From a bacterium (GTDB lineage: Bacteria; UBA8248), in assembly GCA_965202625.1 (NCBI GenBank), contig CBDBBI010000010.1, positions 1,312,001 through 1,376,000 on the forward strand: a stretch of 64,000 nt of DNA. Reading direction: 5' to 3'. How positions within the stretch are numbered: the stretch's first letter is position 1; every line of letters begins with the position of its first letter. The translations under genes were made by a program, and so were the position numbers. The notes below the pieces were generated by a model that was given only the letters and a program-made list of their open reading frames with translations, did no database searches and was not told where the DNA came from. Positions 37,498 through 48,483 of the stretch are shown here, piece after piece.

Positions 37498-39471
37498 TTA
37501 CGCGGAACCGGCATCTCCTACCATGGCGGCGGGCTTGGGTTCTCCCTCCTCGGCGAGGCGTCTTTTCTGAATGAGGAAAACCACTCCGAGTATGAGCGCG
37601 CCCACCGCGTGGTTCCAGTAGCCCGGCCAGAACAAGAGTCCGGCGGATAAGAAAAGGAGGGCGCGCATCGACCGCGAGAAAGAGAAATACATGAAGCCCA
37701 CCATGGCAGCGGCCAGTGCCTGAAAACCGAGCAAGGCGGCGGCGAAAGTCTCCAAAAATGCCCAGGTCTGCCGAATCAGAAGAATCGGTGTGAAAGCAAA
37801 CATCAAGGGCAGAATGTACATGCCCTTTGCCGTGCGGAAAGACGCCCAGGCGGCCTTCGCCGGATTGGCGTTCGCTATCCCCGCCGCCGTATAGGCGGGC
37901 ACGCACACAGGGGGGGTGAAACAGCTGTCCAGGCTATACCAAAATACGATGAGATGGGCCGAGAGAAGCGAGAGATTGTATGGCTCTCCAAGCTCCAGGA
38001 GCGCGGGCACCGCCATGACCGACAAAACGATGTAGGCCGCACTCGTCGGCAGGCCCATTCCGAGCACGAACGAGGCCACGCCTACCAGGAGAATCCCCAA
38101 AAACAGGCTGTCGTTCGCCAAATTCGTGACCAACGAGGAAAATTTAAGGCCCAGACCCGTCTGAAACAAAGCCCCCATGATGATGCCCACCGCACCCACG
38201 GCCGCGCATATCGGAAGCGATTGCACCGCGCCCTTCTCCAAAGCCAGAATAATGTTCCAAAGCCCGCGGGCCGCCTCGCCCGCGACTTCGCTGACGCTCG
38301 TCCCCTCCGTCCTGGCCTTTTTCCATAAAACGAGACCTCCTTTAAGTCCCGCCAGAAGCACGACCGCCAAAATGCCGGCGAGGCCCGCGTAGGGAACGCT
38401 GCGCCCCGTCATCAGAATCACCAAGATCACGATCGGGGGAAGAAGATAGAACCACCCGTCTCTCATGATGGGACCCAAAGGGGGTATCATATCTCTGGGC
38501 ATTCCCACGAGTCCCTCTTTTCTCGCCTCCAGGTGAACGATCGCATAGACGGAGAAGAAATACAGAACGGCCGGCAGAATCGATACTTTCACGATTTCCC
38601 AATACGATATACCGGTGAATTCCACGATCAAGAACGCGGACGCTCCCATGACAGGCGGCATGATTTGCCCTCCGGTGGAGGCCGCCGTCTCAATCGCCGC
38701 CGCTATTTCGGGTCTGAATCCCGTGCGCTTCATCATCGGAATGGTGAACGAACCCGTCGTCACCACGTTCGCGTTGGCACTGCCCATGATCGTTCCCGTC
38801 ATCGCGCTGGCGAAAACCGCAGCCTTCGCCGGCCCGCCCCGCAACTTGCCCGCCACCGACATGGAAAGCTTCACGTAAAAATCAGCCGCCCCCATGCGGT
38901 CCAAAAACGCGCCGAACAGGATAAAGAGGAATATGTAAACCGAAAAAACGCTCAGGGGCGCCGTCCAGAGACCATCATACGTCATGTACTGATGATCCAC
39001 GATGTGCATGTAAGATGCGCCCTTGTGGGCCAAGAGCCAAGGAAAATAGGGGCCAAAATAGGAATAGACGATGAAGAAAAGCGATATCATCGGCAACGCC
39101 AGATTAATGGTCCTTCGCGCCGCCTCGAAGGTGAGCGCCAAAACGACCGTCCCCAAAAACATGTCCATCCATTTCAGCGGATCAACGTAATACAGGCGGT
39201 CCAAAAAATAATCGATGTAGAGTATTGGATAGGCAATTGAGGCGACCGCCAGGAAAAAAATGGCGACCGCCATGGCGGCGCGCCATCCTCTCCCCATCGG
39301 TTTTCTATAGACGATGAATATCAGGGACATTCCGAACAGATAGGAAAGCGTCCTCTGGTAAAGCGGTTCGTATCCTCCCGTATAGGCCACCTGGATATGG
39401 AAGACGGACATGCCGACCGCTATAGCCAGAACGAGCCAATCCAGAAGAGTTCTTCGCTTATCGATCATCAC
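37498..39471 (-). CDS. TRAP transporter fused permease (4TM/12TM)
   Basis: GGPAKAA; ASTGGQIMPPVMGASAF; GMGLPT; TPPV. Confidence 0.92.
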   Translation of the reverse strand: MMIDKRRTLLDWLVLAIAVGMSVFHIQVAYTGGYEPLYQRTLSYLFGMSLIFIVYRKPMGRGWRAAMAVAIFFLAVASIAYPILYIDYFLDRLYYVDPLKWMDMFLGTVVLALTFEAARRTINLALPMISLFFIVYSYFGPYFPWLLAHKGASYMHIVDHQYMTYDGLWTAPLSVFSVYIFLFILFGAFLDRMGAADFYVKLSMSVAGKLRGGPAKAAVFASAMTGTIMGSANANVVTTGSFTIPMMKRTGFRPEIAAAIETAASTGGQIMPPVMGASAFLIVEFTGISYWEIVKVSILPAVLYFFSVYAIVHLEARKEGLVGMPRDMIPPLGPIMRDGWFYLLPPIVILVILMTGRSVPYAGLAGILAVVLLAGLKGGLVLWKKARTEGTSVSEVAGEAARGLWNIILALEKGAVQSLPICAAVGAVGIIMGALFQTGLGLKFSSLVTNLANDSLFLGILLVGVASFVLGMGLPTSAAYIVLSVMAVPALLELGEPYNLSLLSAHLIVFWYSLDSCFTPPVCVPAYTAAGIANANPAKAAWASFRTAKGMYILPLMFAFTPILLIRQTWAFLETFAAALLGFQALAAAMVGFMYFSFSRSMRALLFLSAGLLFWPGYWNHAVGALILGVVFLIQKRRLAEEGEPKPAAMVGDAGSA

Positions 39472-39497
39472 TGCGCCTCTTTACAACAAAGAGCGAG

Positions 39498-40481
39498 TCA
39501 GTTCGACGCCCCGATCTCTTTGAAGAAGCGCTTGGCACCCTCATGGAGGGGCACGCCGACGTGCATTCCCGCCATTTTGGGGTTCCATCTTTTATAGATC
39601 TTGTGGACGCCCGAAAGAAATTTTTGCTCGTTCATCGCCGTTTTGAGAATCGAATACACCACGTCGGCATCCATCTTGGCCGTCGTGAGCAGGACGCCGG
39701 AAAGCCCCATCGAGTCCGTCGGCTTGTCACTTCCCTTGTAGATGCCCCCCGGAATCTGGCAAGGCGTGAACCCATGGCTCGCCAGCATTTTTTTCACGTC
39801 GTCGGCCATGTCCAGGAACACGAGATTCCGGCCCAAGGCCGCCTGGATGCCCGCGCCGTTTGGATCACCCGAGTTGTGGAAATAGAAGTCGATTTGCCGC
39901 GATCGAATGGCGCGCGACATGCCGCCGACGCCCGGAAACGTGACCTTATAGCCCCTTTTCGTGAGCTCCTGATAGCTCGTTCCATAATGCTTGACGATCA
40001 GGCTCGCCACGTACTCCGTGCTGGTTCCCTTCTTGGCCGGAGCCAGTTTCAACGGCTCTTTCGACTTGATGATGTCTCCCCAAGTCTTGATCCCTGCGTC
40101 ATACAGCTCCTTGGCCGCGTATTGGTGATAGCAGGAAGCCCAGAACGTGGCGATCCCCCGGATGTTCTTATACGCTTTTTTATACGGGGTCTTGCCGCTG
40201 ATCGCTGCACTGGCGAAATTCGAGAACGAATAAGCGAAATCCGCACCGCCCGTTCCGAGGCGCGCCGGGTTCGCCCGCCCGCCGCCGGGCACCACGCTGA
40301 TGATGGCCTTGTCCTGCGTTTTGTTAAAAATCTCGGTGAGACCCGCGCCCAGCCGGCCCATGGTGCCGCGCAGGCTGCCAACCGCCAGGTCGTATTGCGC
40401 AGGCGCCCCATAAGCACCGCCAGCCGTCAAAAACGGCAAAACCAAGGCCAGAACTCCAAACATCATGGTGATTTTTCTCAT
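39498..40481 (-). CDS. TAXI family TRAP solute receptor
   Basis: Signal peptide; PGGGRANP; IPGGIYKG; VPLHEGAKRFFKE. Confidence 0.88.
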   Translation of the reverse strand: MRKITMMFGVLALVLPFLTAGGAYGAPAQYDLAVGSLRGTMGRLGAGLTEIFNKTQDKAIISVVPGGGRANPARLGTGGADFAYSFSNFASAAISGKTPYKKAYKNIRGIATFWASCYHQYAAKELYDAGIKTWGDIIKSKEPLKLAPAKKGTSTEYVASLIVKHYGTSYQELTKRGYKVTFPGVGGMSRAIRSRQIDFYFHNSGDPNGAGIQAALGRNLVFLDMADDVKKMLASHGFTPCQIPGGIYKGSDKPTDSMGLSGVLLTTAKMDADVVYSILKTAMNEQKFLSGVHKIYKRWNPKMAGMHVGVPLHEGAKRFFKEIGASN

Positions 40482-40924
40482 CTTTCCTCTCCTTCATGAA
40501 AGTGACGTTTCTCTTCAACCTTCAACGACATTTATCGTTCCGACTCGCTCAAACCCATCGCGCCTGTTTTCTCCCCCGAGGCGCTCGCCCCTTTGGACGA
40601 ACGTCTCAACCCGGGATTTTCCATGCAGGTCTCAGGTTCTGGCGCACGCAGCTTCCATGCGCCTGCCCGCTTCGCCCAAACGCTGAGAAAAACCTCGACT
40701 TTGCATTCTATCACCAGCCATGCAACCCCAAAACGCTGCCCACTGCAAGAATCAAACCCTGCGCTTCGTTCCCTAAAAACGGTCTTTTATGTATGCTTTG
40801 GGTGAATTGTACAGACGAGAGCGTTTCCGTGTCAACGAACCATATGCGATGGATGGGCGTTCGCGCCCTGCAAAACGGAAGAAACCCACAATTCGTTTCC
40901 CAGATTCCCAGAAAGGAGCCGCAA

Positions 40925-41275
40925 ATGCCATTTTACCGTTGGGAGGAGATGAGGCAAAAAAACCTGGCCAGTCCCTCTGACTCTGAGGGCAGCATCATCA
41001 TCGGCGAGCACCTCACCCTGAACCGCTCGGTGAGTCAGCCTGGCAAGCTGGCCCGCCCGCACGCGCACGGCTGTGAGCAAATGATCAACGTCGTCCAGGG
41101 AGAGGCATGGTTTCGGGTGGGAGACGAAGAAAAAACCGTGGCCGCAGGCGACGTCATACACATTCCAGCAGGAACGGAGCACGAGTTCAGAAACATGGGC
41201 GGCGTCGAGTTCATCTACCTTTCATTCAAGAACAAATCCGAAGACTGGCCGCCCCCGAGCGCGACCATGAACTAG
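40925..41275 (+). CDS. Cupin domain protein
   Basis: PHAHGCEQ...GDVIHIPAGTEH; AAGGAG RBS before ATG 40925. Confidence 0.88.
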   Translation: MPFYRWEEMRQKNLASPSDSEGSIIIGEHLTLNRSVSQPGKLARPHAHGCEQMINVVQGEAWFRVGDEEKTVAAGDVIHIPAGTEHEFRNMGGVEFIYLSFKNKSEDWPPPSATMN

Positions 41276-42402
41276 TTTTTCGCCTTCAGACCTGCGTGCA
41301 GCTCTTCCGGGTCAATGGGCAGATTGACGGCTTCCTTACGCCTGGCGGAGAGATCGCAAGCCATGCAAAGCATGAGGTTTCTGTGTCCCTCCGCCCCGGT
41401 GGCGTGGGGCATGTCCACCCCCGTGTAGAGGTGCGCGAACCAGGCGAGGGACTCATCGCGCATTGGACCCCAAAACTGGCCTTTGGACATATCCCCCGCC
41501 GGATAACTTTCGAGTAGATGCACGTGGCGCTCCTCTCCCCGGTGCGAAGCCAGGGGATTCTCGGACGCCATGATGAAGTCGGCGTGGGTGTCGTCTATCG
41601 TGAACGCGCCCTCCGTCCCCACCACGCTGATCGTGACGCCATAAGTCGACGCGGGCCAGATGGTGGGCATCCCCCAGCCGCACTCCATGCTCCAGATGGC
41701 ACCATCCTCAAAGGTGAAGATGCTGAAGGTCGCATCTTGCGTGCCGACTCCCGTCATCACCCTCGATATCGAACGCGAGACGACCTCCACGGGGCACTTC
41801 TCTGTCCCCATCACGAAGAGCATGACGTCCAACGCGTGGGTGCCGGATATCACCATGGGTGTCAGGGTGGAGCGATCCTCATTCTTCGACAATCGGGTGA
41901 TTCCGACTTGACGGTTGAGCAGCGCGCGGGTCGTCGCCGAAGTGATCTCGCCCAATACGCCGGACTGGGCGTGCTCGCGCGCCGTGAGCCAGCGCCTCCT
42001 GAAACGCTGGGTATAGCCGACCAGCAGTTCCGCGCCCGCCGTCTCGGCGGCCACCACGATTCTCGCCGACTCCACCGCGTTCGTGGCCAGCGGCTTTTCC
42101 ACGAGTATCCTGTGTCCGCACTCTATGGACTCCCACAGCGGCTTGGCGTGCCACTCCTCATCCGTGGCGATGATGACGGCGTTGACCTCTGATCTTTGGA
42201 TGAGTTCAGAAAAATCGGTGGTGAAAAAATCGGCGCCGAATTCCCCGGCCATGGCCCTGCCCTTTTTCTCATCCACGTCGCAGCAACCAAACCATTCCAC
42301 GCCCGGATACTCTCTGGCACAGCGTGCGCGAATGCGGCCCACGCGCCCGCAACCGACCACCCCCAGGCCAATCGGGTTTCTCCCACCTCCCAAAACCGCC
42401 AT
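41272..42402 (-). CDS. Gfo/Idh/MocA family oxidoreductase (paralogue 2)
   Basis: GCGRVG; EKPLA; VGYTQRF; SGTH. Confidence 0.9.
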   Translation of the reverse strand: MAVLGGGRNPIGLGVVGCGRVGRIRARCAREYPGVEWFGCCDVDEKKGRAMAGEFGADFFTTDFSELIQRSEVNAVIIATDEEWHAKPLWESIECGHRILVEKPLATNAVESARIVVAAETAGAELLVGYTQRFRRRWLTAREHAQSGVLGEITSATTRALLNRQVGITRLSKNEDRSTLTPMVISGTHALDVMLFVMGTEKCPVEVVSRSISRVMTGVGTQDATFSIFTFEDGAIWSMECGWGMPTIWPASTYGVTISVVGTEGAFTIDDTHADFIMASENPLASHRGEERHVHLLESYPAGDMSKGQFWGPMRDESLAWFAHLYTGVDMPHATGAEGHRNLMLCMACDLSARRKEAVNLPIDPEELHAGLKAKN

Positions 42403-42511
42403 CACATCCTCCCGCAAAACCCGCCCGTTTCCGAAAACAAGAATGCGCAGGAACCCCTTTCCATCAACGCGACGGTTGACGCGCGAGCGCCTCTCCAAGC
42501 GACGGTGCCCA

Positions 42512-43621
42512 CTAGTCCAACTCCTCCGGCGAAACCGGAAGCGCCATAGCCCGCCCCGTCTTGGCTGAACGATCCATCGCCAGACACAGCATCAGGTTCT
42601 CATGCGCCTCTTTCGCCGTGGCATGTGGCGTGGGGACGTCCATGTGGATTCTATCAAACCATGAGCGCGTCTCCTCGCGCATGGGCCCCCAGAGCTGATC
42701 AAACGCCACGTCTCCCGGCGGATAGCTCGTCAAGAAACTCACGCTCCGCTCCTCTTTCAAGCGCGCGGACTCATGCGGCGCCTCGGTGACGAACACCATA
42801 TCGCGGTGGGTGTCGTCTATCGTGAGCGCGCCCGCCGTCCCCACGATCCCCAGTTCGAGCGAATACACCTCCGCCGGCCAGACGCGCGGCAACGCCCAGC
42901 TCACGTTCATGCTCCATATCGTCCCGTCCTCATACGTGAGGATGGCGAACGTGGAATCCTTTGTGAGATACGGGGCCATCGCCTTGTCCACGGAACGCGC
43001 ATACACCTCCACCGGGCGCAAGCCCTCCAGGAACCAGGCACACAGATCCACGCTGTGGGTGCCCGATATGACCATGGGGGTGAATTTTGTCGGGAATTCG
43101 GTTTTCGTGGAATTCGCCACCGGGTTCATGCGGTTCAGAAAGGCGCGGGCCGTGAGGGAGGAGACCTCGCCCAACGCGCCAGAGCGAATCTTCTCCTTCG
43201 CCGCCAAGAAGCGGCGGCGGAACCTTTGCGTATAACCCACGACGACGTCCGCCCCCGCGTCTGCGAAAGCTTTCGCCAGTCGCGCGGAAACGCTGGCGTC
43301 CACCGCTAGAGGTTTTTCAATCAGCATCCGGTGGCCGCGCTCCGCACTTTCCAGAACCGGTTCAAGGCGTTCGTTGGCATAGGTGGCGAAAATGGCGCTG
43401 TTCACCTCATCGCGCCTCAGGAGCTCCCGATAGTCGGTGGTGAAAAAATCAGCCTCTACGTCCTCGGCGAGTTTTCGACCCGTTTTCTCATCCACGTCGC
43501 ACAGCCCGATCCATTCGACCGCCGCGCTCTGGCGCGCGAATGACGCCCGAATGCGCCCAATCTTCCCACACCCCACCACCGCAAGGCCGATGGGCCTTCT
43601 CTTCCGGTTCAGCAAGTTCAT
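42512..43621 (-). CDS. Gfo/Idh/MocA family oxidoreductase (paralogue 1)
   Basis: GCGKIG; EKPLA; VGYTQRF; SGTH. Confidence 0.9.
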   Translation of the reverse strand: MNLLNRKRRPIGLAVVGCGKIGRIRASFARQSAAVEWIGLCDVDEKTGRKLAEDVEADFFTTDYRELLRRDEVNSAIFATYANERLEPVLESAERGHRMLIEKPLAVDASVSARLAKAFADAGADVVVGYTQRFRRRFLAAKEKIRSGALGEVSSLTARAFLNRMNPVANSTKTEFPTKFTPMVISGTHSVDLCAWFLEGLRPVEVYARSVDKAMAPYLTKDSTFAILTYEDGTIWSMNVSWALPRVWPAEVYSLELGIVGTAGALTIDDTHRDMVFVTEAPHESARLKEERSVSFLTSYPPGDVAFDQLWGPMREETRSWFDRIHMDVPTPHATAKEAHENLMLCLAMDRSAKTGRAMALPVSPEELD

Positions 43622-43951
43622 GGGATCTCACCTTATCGAGTGCGCATGAGCCGAAATTCAAGAGATCAAGCTTAGCACCACCTCGCCTGCCGAGCAAAGA
43701 TTATCGCGGCTTCCAAAACTCTCGTTTCAGCCGCCAAAATACACTGGTGCCTCGAACATTGGGAGCCCCGAACGCATCCACGTAGCAAAAAACGTCGAGC
43801 GCACCTTACAGGTAAAAAAGCGAACAGGCTTTTCGTGCCTTCAGCCCTGAAAAGAGAGGATCACTACGCCGAAATCACGCGCGGATTTCGCTCGAAAACC
43901 GGACCACGGATAGAGGACAAAAAAACGGCCTGGTCGTTGAAAATATACTAG

Positions 43952-45403
43952 TCAATCATTGTCGCATTCGCCCGGCGTGGGCGTGGCGCCCGTTTTCGCC
44001 GTCTCAATGACGTGCGCGCGGCCGCCCAAACGCCCGATCAACGCCGCCTGATCGCGCTTCGCCCGCCTGTCTATCTCCTCAGGGTCGAGAATCGCCCGCA
44101 GGGCGTTCTCCATCTCGCGGATCAACGCTTGATTCTCCGGCCTGCCCGCGCCGTCATCCTGCTCCTCGGGGTCGTTTCCCAGATCGTAGAACTCGGGCGG
44201 ATAACCCACGTAGTGAACGTATTTCGCGCGTCCCTTGCGTATAAGATAGGCTGCCGTCTCCGCGCCCGAGGCGTGGTATTCGCTGAAAACGATCCTTTCC
44301 GAATCATAAAGGGCGCGCGCGATTCCGTAGAGCGAGCGGCCCGCGCGTCTTCTATCCTCCTCATCGGGCACAACGCCGAGCGACTCCAGAATGGTGGGAT
44401 AGAAGTCCAGAAGCGAGACGGGCGTATCGACCACTCCGCCCGGCTCGACATCCGGCCCGGCCATCACGAGCGGCACGGCGGCCGATTCCTCATACATCGT
44501 CCCCTTGCCCCAGACGCCCCGGGCGCCCAGATTCTCGCCATGATCGCTCGTGAAGAAGACGCGGGTGGAACGCGCAAGGCCCGCGCGCCCCAGGCTCTCC
44601 AGCACGCGGCCGACCTGGGCGTCCAGAAAGGTGCAAAGGCCAAAATAAGAGGCGATGGCGATTCGCCTTTTTTGATCGTCGAAGAAGCTGTCTGATGGAA
44701 CGTATTTTCGATACGCCTCTATCCAGGGATGCCGGGAGCGGCCGTCCAGGGCGTGCGGCTTGGGCAGGGGGACGGAGGCGGGCGGGTACATGTCAAAATA
44801 CGCCCGAGGCGCCATCAAGGGAAAATGCGGAGAGACGAAGGAGACGAAAGTCAGCCAGGGCTTGTCCCGATAATTTTGGGCGTCGTTCTCCAGCCATGCG
44901 CACGCCTTCTCGGCGATGTCGACGTCATACTTCGTATAGCTCGTCTCGCCCGGCCCGATCTCGCTCGCCAGTTTATCCGCCTTCTGAACGATAAGCGCAT
45001 CGCGGATGGAACCCAGCACGCTGCCCACGCCGCCGTCTCGCGCGTGCATGGGGATGATCTGCTCGTCAAAACCGGTGGGGTCCGAGGCGTTTCGGTAGTG
45101 GAGCTTGCCGATGGACGTGACGCGGTGGCCCGCCGCCTGCAGGCGATGCCCCCAGCCGAGGGGTTCTCCCGTATAAGGGCTCGCGTTGTCCCAATGGCCC
45201 GTCTCGTGTGCATATCGACCTGTGGAGAAGCTCGCCCGAGCGGCCGTGCAAATCGGGGAATTCGTATACGCGCTCGTAAACCGGACGCCTGCGGCCGCCA
45301 AACGGTCGACGTTCGGCGTTCTCACTATTGGATGCCCGTAACAGCCGAGCGTCCTGACGTTATGCTCATCCGACATGATGATGAGCAGGTTCATCGGCTC
45401 CAT
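43952..45403 (-). CDS. Formylglycine-dependent sulfatase, choline-sulfatase-like
   Basis: NLLIIMSDEH; TPNVDRLA; CTAARAS..TGRY; GKLH; PHFP; SDHGE. Confidence 0.9.
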   Translation of the reverse strand: MEPMNLLIIMSDEHNVRTLGCYGHPIVRTPNVDRLAAAGVRFTSAYTNSPICTAARASFSTGRYAHETGHWDNASPYTGEPLGWGHRLQAAGHRVTSIGKLHYRNASDPTGFDEQIIPMHARDGGVGSVLGSIRDALIVQKADKLASEIGPGETSYTKYDVDIAEKACAWLENDAQNYRDKPWLTFVSFVSPHFPLMAPRAYFDMYPPASVPLPKPHALDGRSRHPWIEAYRKYVPSDSFFDDQKRRIAIASYFGLCTFLDAQVGRVLESLGRAGLARSTRVFFTSDHGENLGARGVWGKGTMYEESAAVPLVMAGPDVEPGGVVDTPVSLLDFYPTILESLGVVPDEEDRRRAGRSLYGIARALYDSERIVFSEYHASGAETAAYLIRKGRAKYVHYVGYPPEFYDLGNDPEEQDDGAGRPENQALIREMENALRAILDPEEIDRRAKRDQAALIGRLGGRAHVIETAKTGATPTPGECDND

Positions 45404-45467
45404 GTACAAGACTCCCCCAGTACCTCGTTCATCATTTCGCCTGAGGCGACCTGGAAACGCGCTCCCG

Positions 45468-46352
45468 TCACATGTGAGGCCATACGGGGTCCGTCCGGTT
45501 GTTCAGCGGACCGGAGGGGTGCTCCTCCAGATAGTCATAGACGTTGCCTAGTCCTCCCCTTCTCAGCATGGTGAGGCGCTCTCCCATGTGATCGTTGCTT
45601 TTGAGCGAAGTCGCATAGACCTCAAAAACCTTCTCCTGGACTTGCTCCCGGCTCAGTCCCTGGCTTTTCAAGGCCCTGACCTTGTCGATCAGCGCATAGA
45701 GCTTTTCGCGCTGACGCGGTATCTCGTCTTTCCCGCAGGGTCGGCCGTGTCCGGGAACGAACCAGTCCACGTCCAGTGCCTCGAGCATCGCCAGGGACTG
45801 GAACCAGCCCCACAGGTCGGCCGAGTGACACGCGACGTTGTAGGCGGGCGTGAGGTTGTCCGCCGTGAAGGCGACGCGATCCTCGACCGCGTGGACGATA
45901 GTTTGTCCCCGCGTGTGACCGGGAGAATGGATGAGGATGAACGTCTTGCCGCCTAGACGAATCGTCATCCGCTCCTTGTAGGTGATGTCGGGGGGCAGCA
46001 GCTCGAAACCATTCAGTAGCGCCTCGCTCCCCGGATCGTATTTGCACATGCGCTCCTTGCCCTCCTCCGCCGTGGCGATGGAGGCGTAGAAATCCGCGGC
46101 CGTGATTTCGCTCGAAACTATCGTCTCCGGCCGCAGGAACCAGTTGCCCGCGATGTGATCCTGGTGATGCTCGGTGTTGACGAGGTAGCGAAGCGGGCCC
46201 TTTCCCTTGATGAAATCGCGCCAGGCGAGAGCCTCTGAAGGCCGCATGGGCCCATCTACGGCAACCACGCCGGCATCGGTCGTCACCATGCCCACCGTCG
46301 GATAGCAGTCATAATAAAAGACGCTTTGGGTCAATTTTTCCATTTCGTCCAT
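45468..46352 (-). CDS. MBL-fold metallo-hydrolase (cyclase-like)
   Basis: TEHHQDH; PGHT; ADNL; VPGHG. Confidence 0.85.
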   Translation of the reverse strand: MDEMEKLTQSVFYYDCYPTVGMVTTDAGVVAVDGPMRPSEALAWRDFIKGKGPLRYLVNTEHHQDHIAGNWFLRPETIVSSEITAADFYASIATAEEGKERMCKYDPGSEALLNGFELLPPDITYKERMTIRLGGKTFILIHSPGHTRGQTIVHAVEDRVAFTADNLTPAYNVACHSADLWGWFQSLAMLEALDVDWFVPGHGRPCGKDEIPRQREKLYALIDKVRALKSQGLSREQVQEKVFEVYATSLKSNDHMGERLTMLRRGGLGNVYDYLEEHPSGPLNNRTDPVWPHM

Positions 46353-46385
46353 TTCCCCCGAATCACGGCCGGCAAGACGCCTCCG

Positions 46386-47279
46386 CTAATCACCGGCGAG
46401 CCCCGCCTCGCGCTCGAACCACTCGCGTATGACACCTTGGTCGAAACGTCCGAATCCTAAGTCCATCGCCCCTTCGTAGGCCTTGCGCACCGCGTCGGTC
46501 AGCGGAGTGGGCGCGCCGTTCGAGCGTGCGAACTGCTGAATCAGTCCCAAATCCTTGTGCATGAGGGACAAGGCGAATTTCACAGGTTCGTATTCCTTGT
46601 TTCTCAGGCCCCAGCCTCGGGTGTTCATCACGCGAAACACCGTGCTCGCATAAAGATATTCCATCGTCTTGTCCGGGTCGAGACCCGCCTTCACGCCAAG
46701 GGTGAACGCTTCCGCCAAGGCGCAAAGCTGACATGAGACGAGCTGGTTCGTGAGCAGTTTCATCCTCAAACCTGCACCGTTGGCGCCAAAATAATCAAGC
46801 AACGCGCACACGCTGTCCAGCACCGCGCGGTGGGCGTCCAGAATCTCCTTCTCGCCCCCCACCATGAGACCGATTTTCGCGTCTCGGGCGATAATCGCGT
46901 TTCCGCTGACGGGGGTGTCCAGAAAATGAAAGCCGCGCCGCGCCGCCTCCTTCGCGATCGCGACGCTCTCATCGGGCAAAATGGTGGAAAAATCAAAGCA
47001 AACGGCCCCCTCGTTGGCGGTGAGCAGAGCGCCGCTATCACCCAGATAGGCATCGCGCGCATGCACACCCGTGGGAAGCGAACTGCAAACGTAATCCGCC
47101 CCCCGGGCCGCCTTTGCGGGAGAGTCAAAAACGGATATCCCCGTCTCTTTCGCCGCCTCTTGCGCCGACGGGCTCGGGTCGTGACCCAGCACCTCGAAAC
47201 CAGCCTTCAGCAGATTGACGGCCAGGGCGCCCCCCATGTTGCCCAGGCCCAAAAACGCGATTCTCGCGGACAAATCCAC
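46386..47279 (-). CDS. NAD(P)-dependent beta-hydroxyacid dehydrogenase (HIBADH/GarR family)
   Basis: GLGNMG; DTPVSG; MKLLTN; KDL. Confidence 0.9.
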   Translation of the reverse strand: MDLSARIAFLGLGNMGGALAVNLLKAGFEVLGHDPSPSAQEAAKETGISVFDSPAKAARGADYVCSSLPTGVHARDAYLGDSGALLTANEGAVCFDFSTILPDESVAIAKEAARRGFHFLDTPVSGNAIIARDAKIGLMVGGEKEILDAHRAVLDSVCALLDYFGANGAGLRMKLLTNQLVSCQLCALAEAFTLGVKAGLDPDKTMEYLYASTVFRVMNTRGWGLRNKEYEPVKFALSLMHKDLGLIQQFARSNGAPTPLTDAVRKAYEGAMDLGFGRFDQGVIREWFEREAGLAGD

Positions 47280-47284
47280 CCTCC

Positions 47285-48370
47285 CTAAACGCCATATTTT
47301 CGTATGGCTTCCTTCGTGAACTCCATCCCGTGTCCGGGGGTGGCGGGAACCTCTATGTGGCCACCTGAGACGGAGAAATCATGGGTCAGAGTCCCCGGAG
47401 GCAACATTTCCACGTATTCCGCCATGTAGCCGCTCGGCGTTGCGGCGATGAGGCTCACGGACACCTCCTGAAGCAAATGGCTACAAAGCGAGAGATTGTA
47501 AGCCTCCGCTAGGTGGGCAACTTTGCGAAATTCCGTCACGCCGCCGCAGCGTCCCACGTCAGGCTGGAGAAACGAAGCCGCCCGTCTCTCGCAAATTTCC
47601 CGAAAACCCCAGCGCATGTAAGCGTTTTCCCCGGCGGCGATGGGCGTCAGACTTATTCGCGCCACCTCCGCCAGACCGTCCACGGAGTCCGCCAGCACCG
47701 GCTCCTCAAACCATCTTACGTCGTATTCGGCGAGCATGGCGGCCACCTCCAAAGCCTCGCGCGGGGTGTATTTCTGGTTCGCGTCCGCGAACAAAACCAC
47801 CCTCTCGCCCATCTCTTTTCTCAGAACGCGGATTCGCTCCTCGTCCCGATCCAATCCCAGTTTCAGCTTGTATGCGCCGATTCCCTTCTCCATGAACCCC
47901 CAACATTCATCCACCATCTCCTCATCCGTGAGCGTGAGCCATCCACCGCTGCCATACACGGGCGCCTTGCTTCTGAATCCACCCAAGATTCGACAGAGCG
48001 GCGCACCCGCCGCCTTGGCGAGCGCGTCCCAACAGGCAGTATCGACGGCGGACAACGCCTGGAGCCCTAGGCCGCCGCGCATCCTCGCCTTGTTCGGTGC
48101 CCAAAGACGCCGCCAAAGGGCTTCAGGAGCCAGCGCGTCCTGCCCCACGGCCAGCGGCTCCAGTTCCTTCTCTACATAAGGAACGAGCGCGGTTGAGGCT
48201 TCTCCCCCCAAACCCATCACGAAGCCGCAACCGATCGGACCATCCTCGGTGTGAAGAAAAACCAGCAGATAATCCAGCGTCGTTTTCGCGCTGTTCGCGC
48301 TTCCTATCGGGCGGGCCAAAGGCACTTTGGCGGATTTCGCCTCTATTCTCGTGATTTTCAGTCCAGCCAC
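47285..48370 (-). CDS. Mandelate racemase/muconate lactonizing enzyme family protein (sugar-acid dehydratase-like)
   Basis: KLK; DANQ; WFEEP; GEN; QPDVGRCGG; PGHG. Confidence 0.9.
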   Translation of the reverse strand: MAGLKITRIEAKSAKVPLARPIGSANSAKTTLDYLLVFLHTEDGPIGCGFVMGLGGEASTALVPYVEKELEPLAVGQDALAPEALWRRLWAPNKARMRGGLGLQALSAVDTACWDALAKAAGAPLCRILGGFRSKAPVYGSGGWLTLTDEEMVDECWGFMEKGIGAYKLKLGLDRDEERIRVLRKEMGERVVLFADANQKYTPREALEVAAMLAEYDVRWFEEPVLADSVDGLAEVARISLTPIAAGENAYMRWGFREICERRAASFLQPDVGRCGGVTEFRKVAHLAEAYNLSLCSHLLQEVSVSLIAATPSGYMAEYVEMLPPGTLTHDFSVSGGHIEVPATPGHGMEFTKEAIRKYGV

Positions 48371-48483
48371 CCTTCACGCCTCTCTGACGTTGAACGAATC
48401 CCCTGGTGCCCAAATATGCGACGAAGGCTGCGGAGACCTCTCCACGGCGCCTCCGCAGCCTTGAAAATTACGCCCCATGCGCC

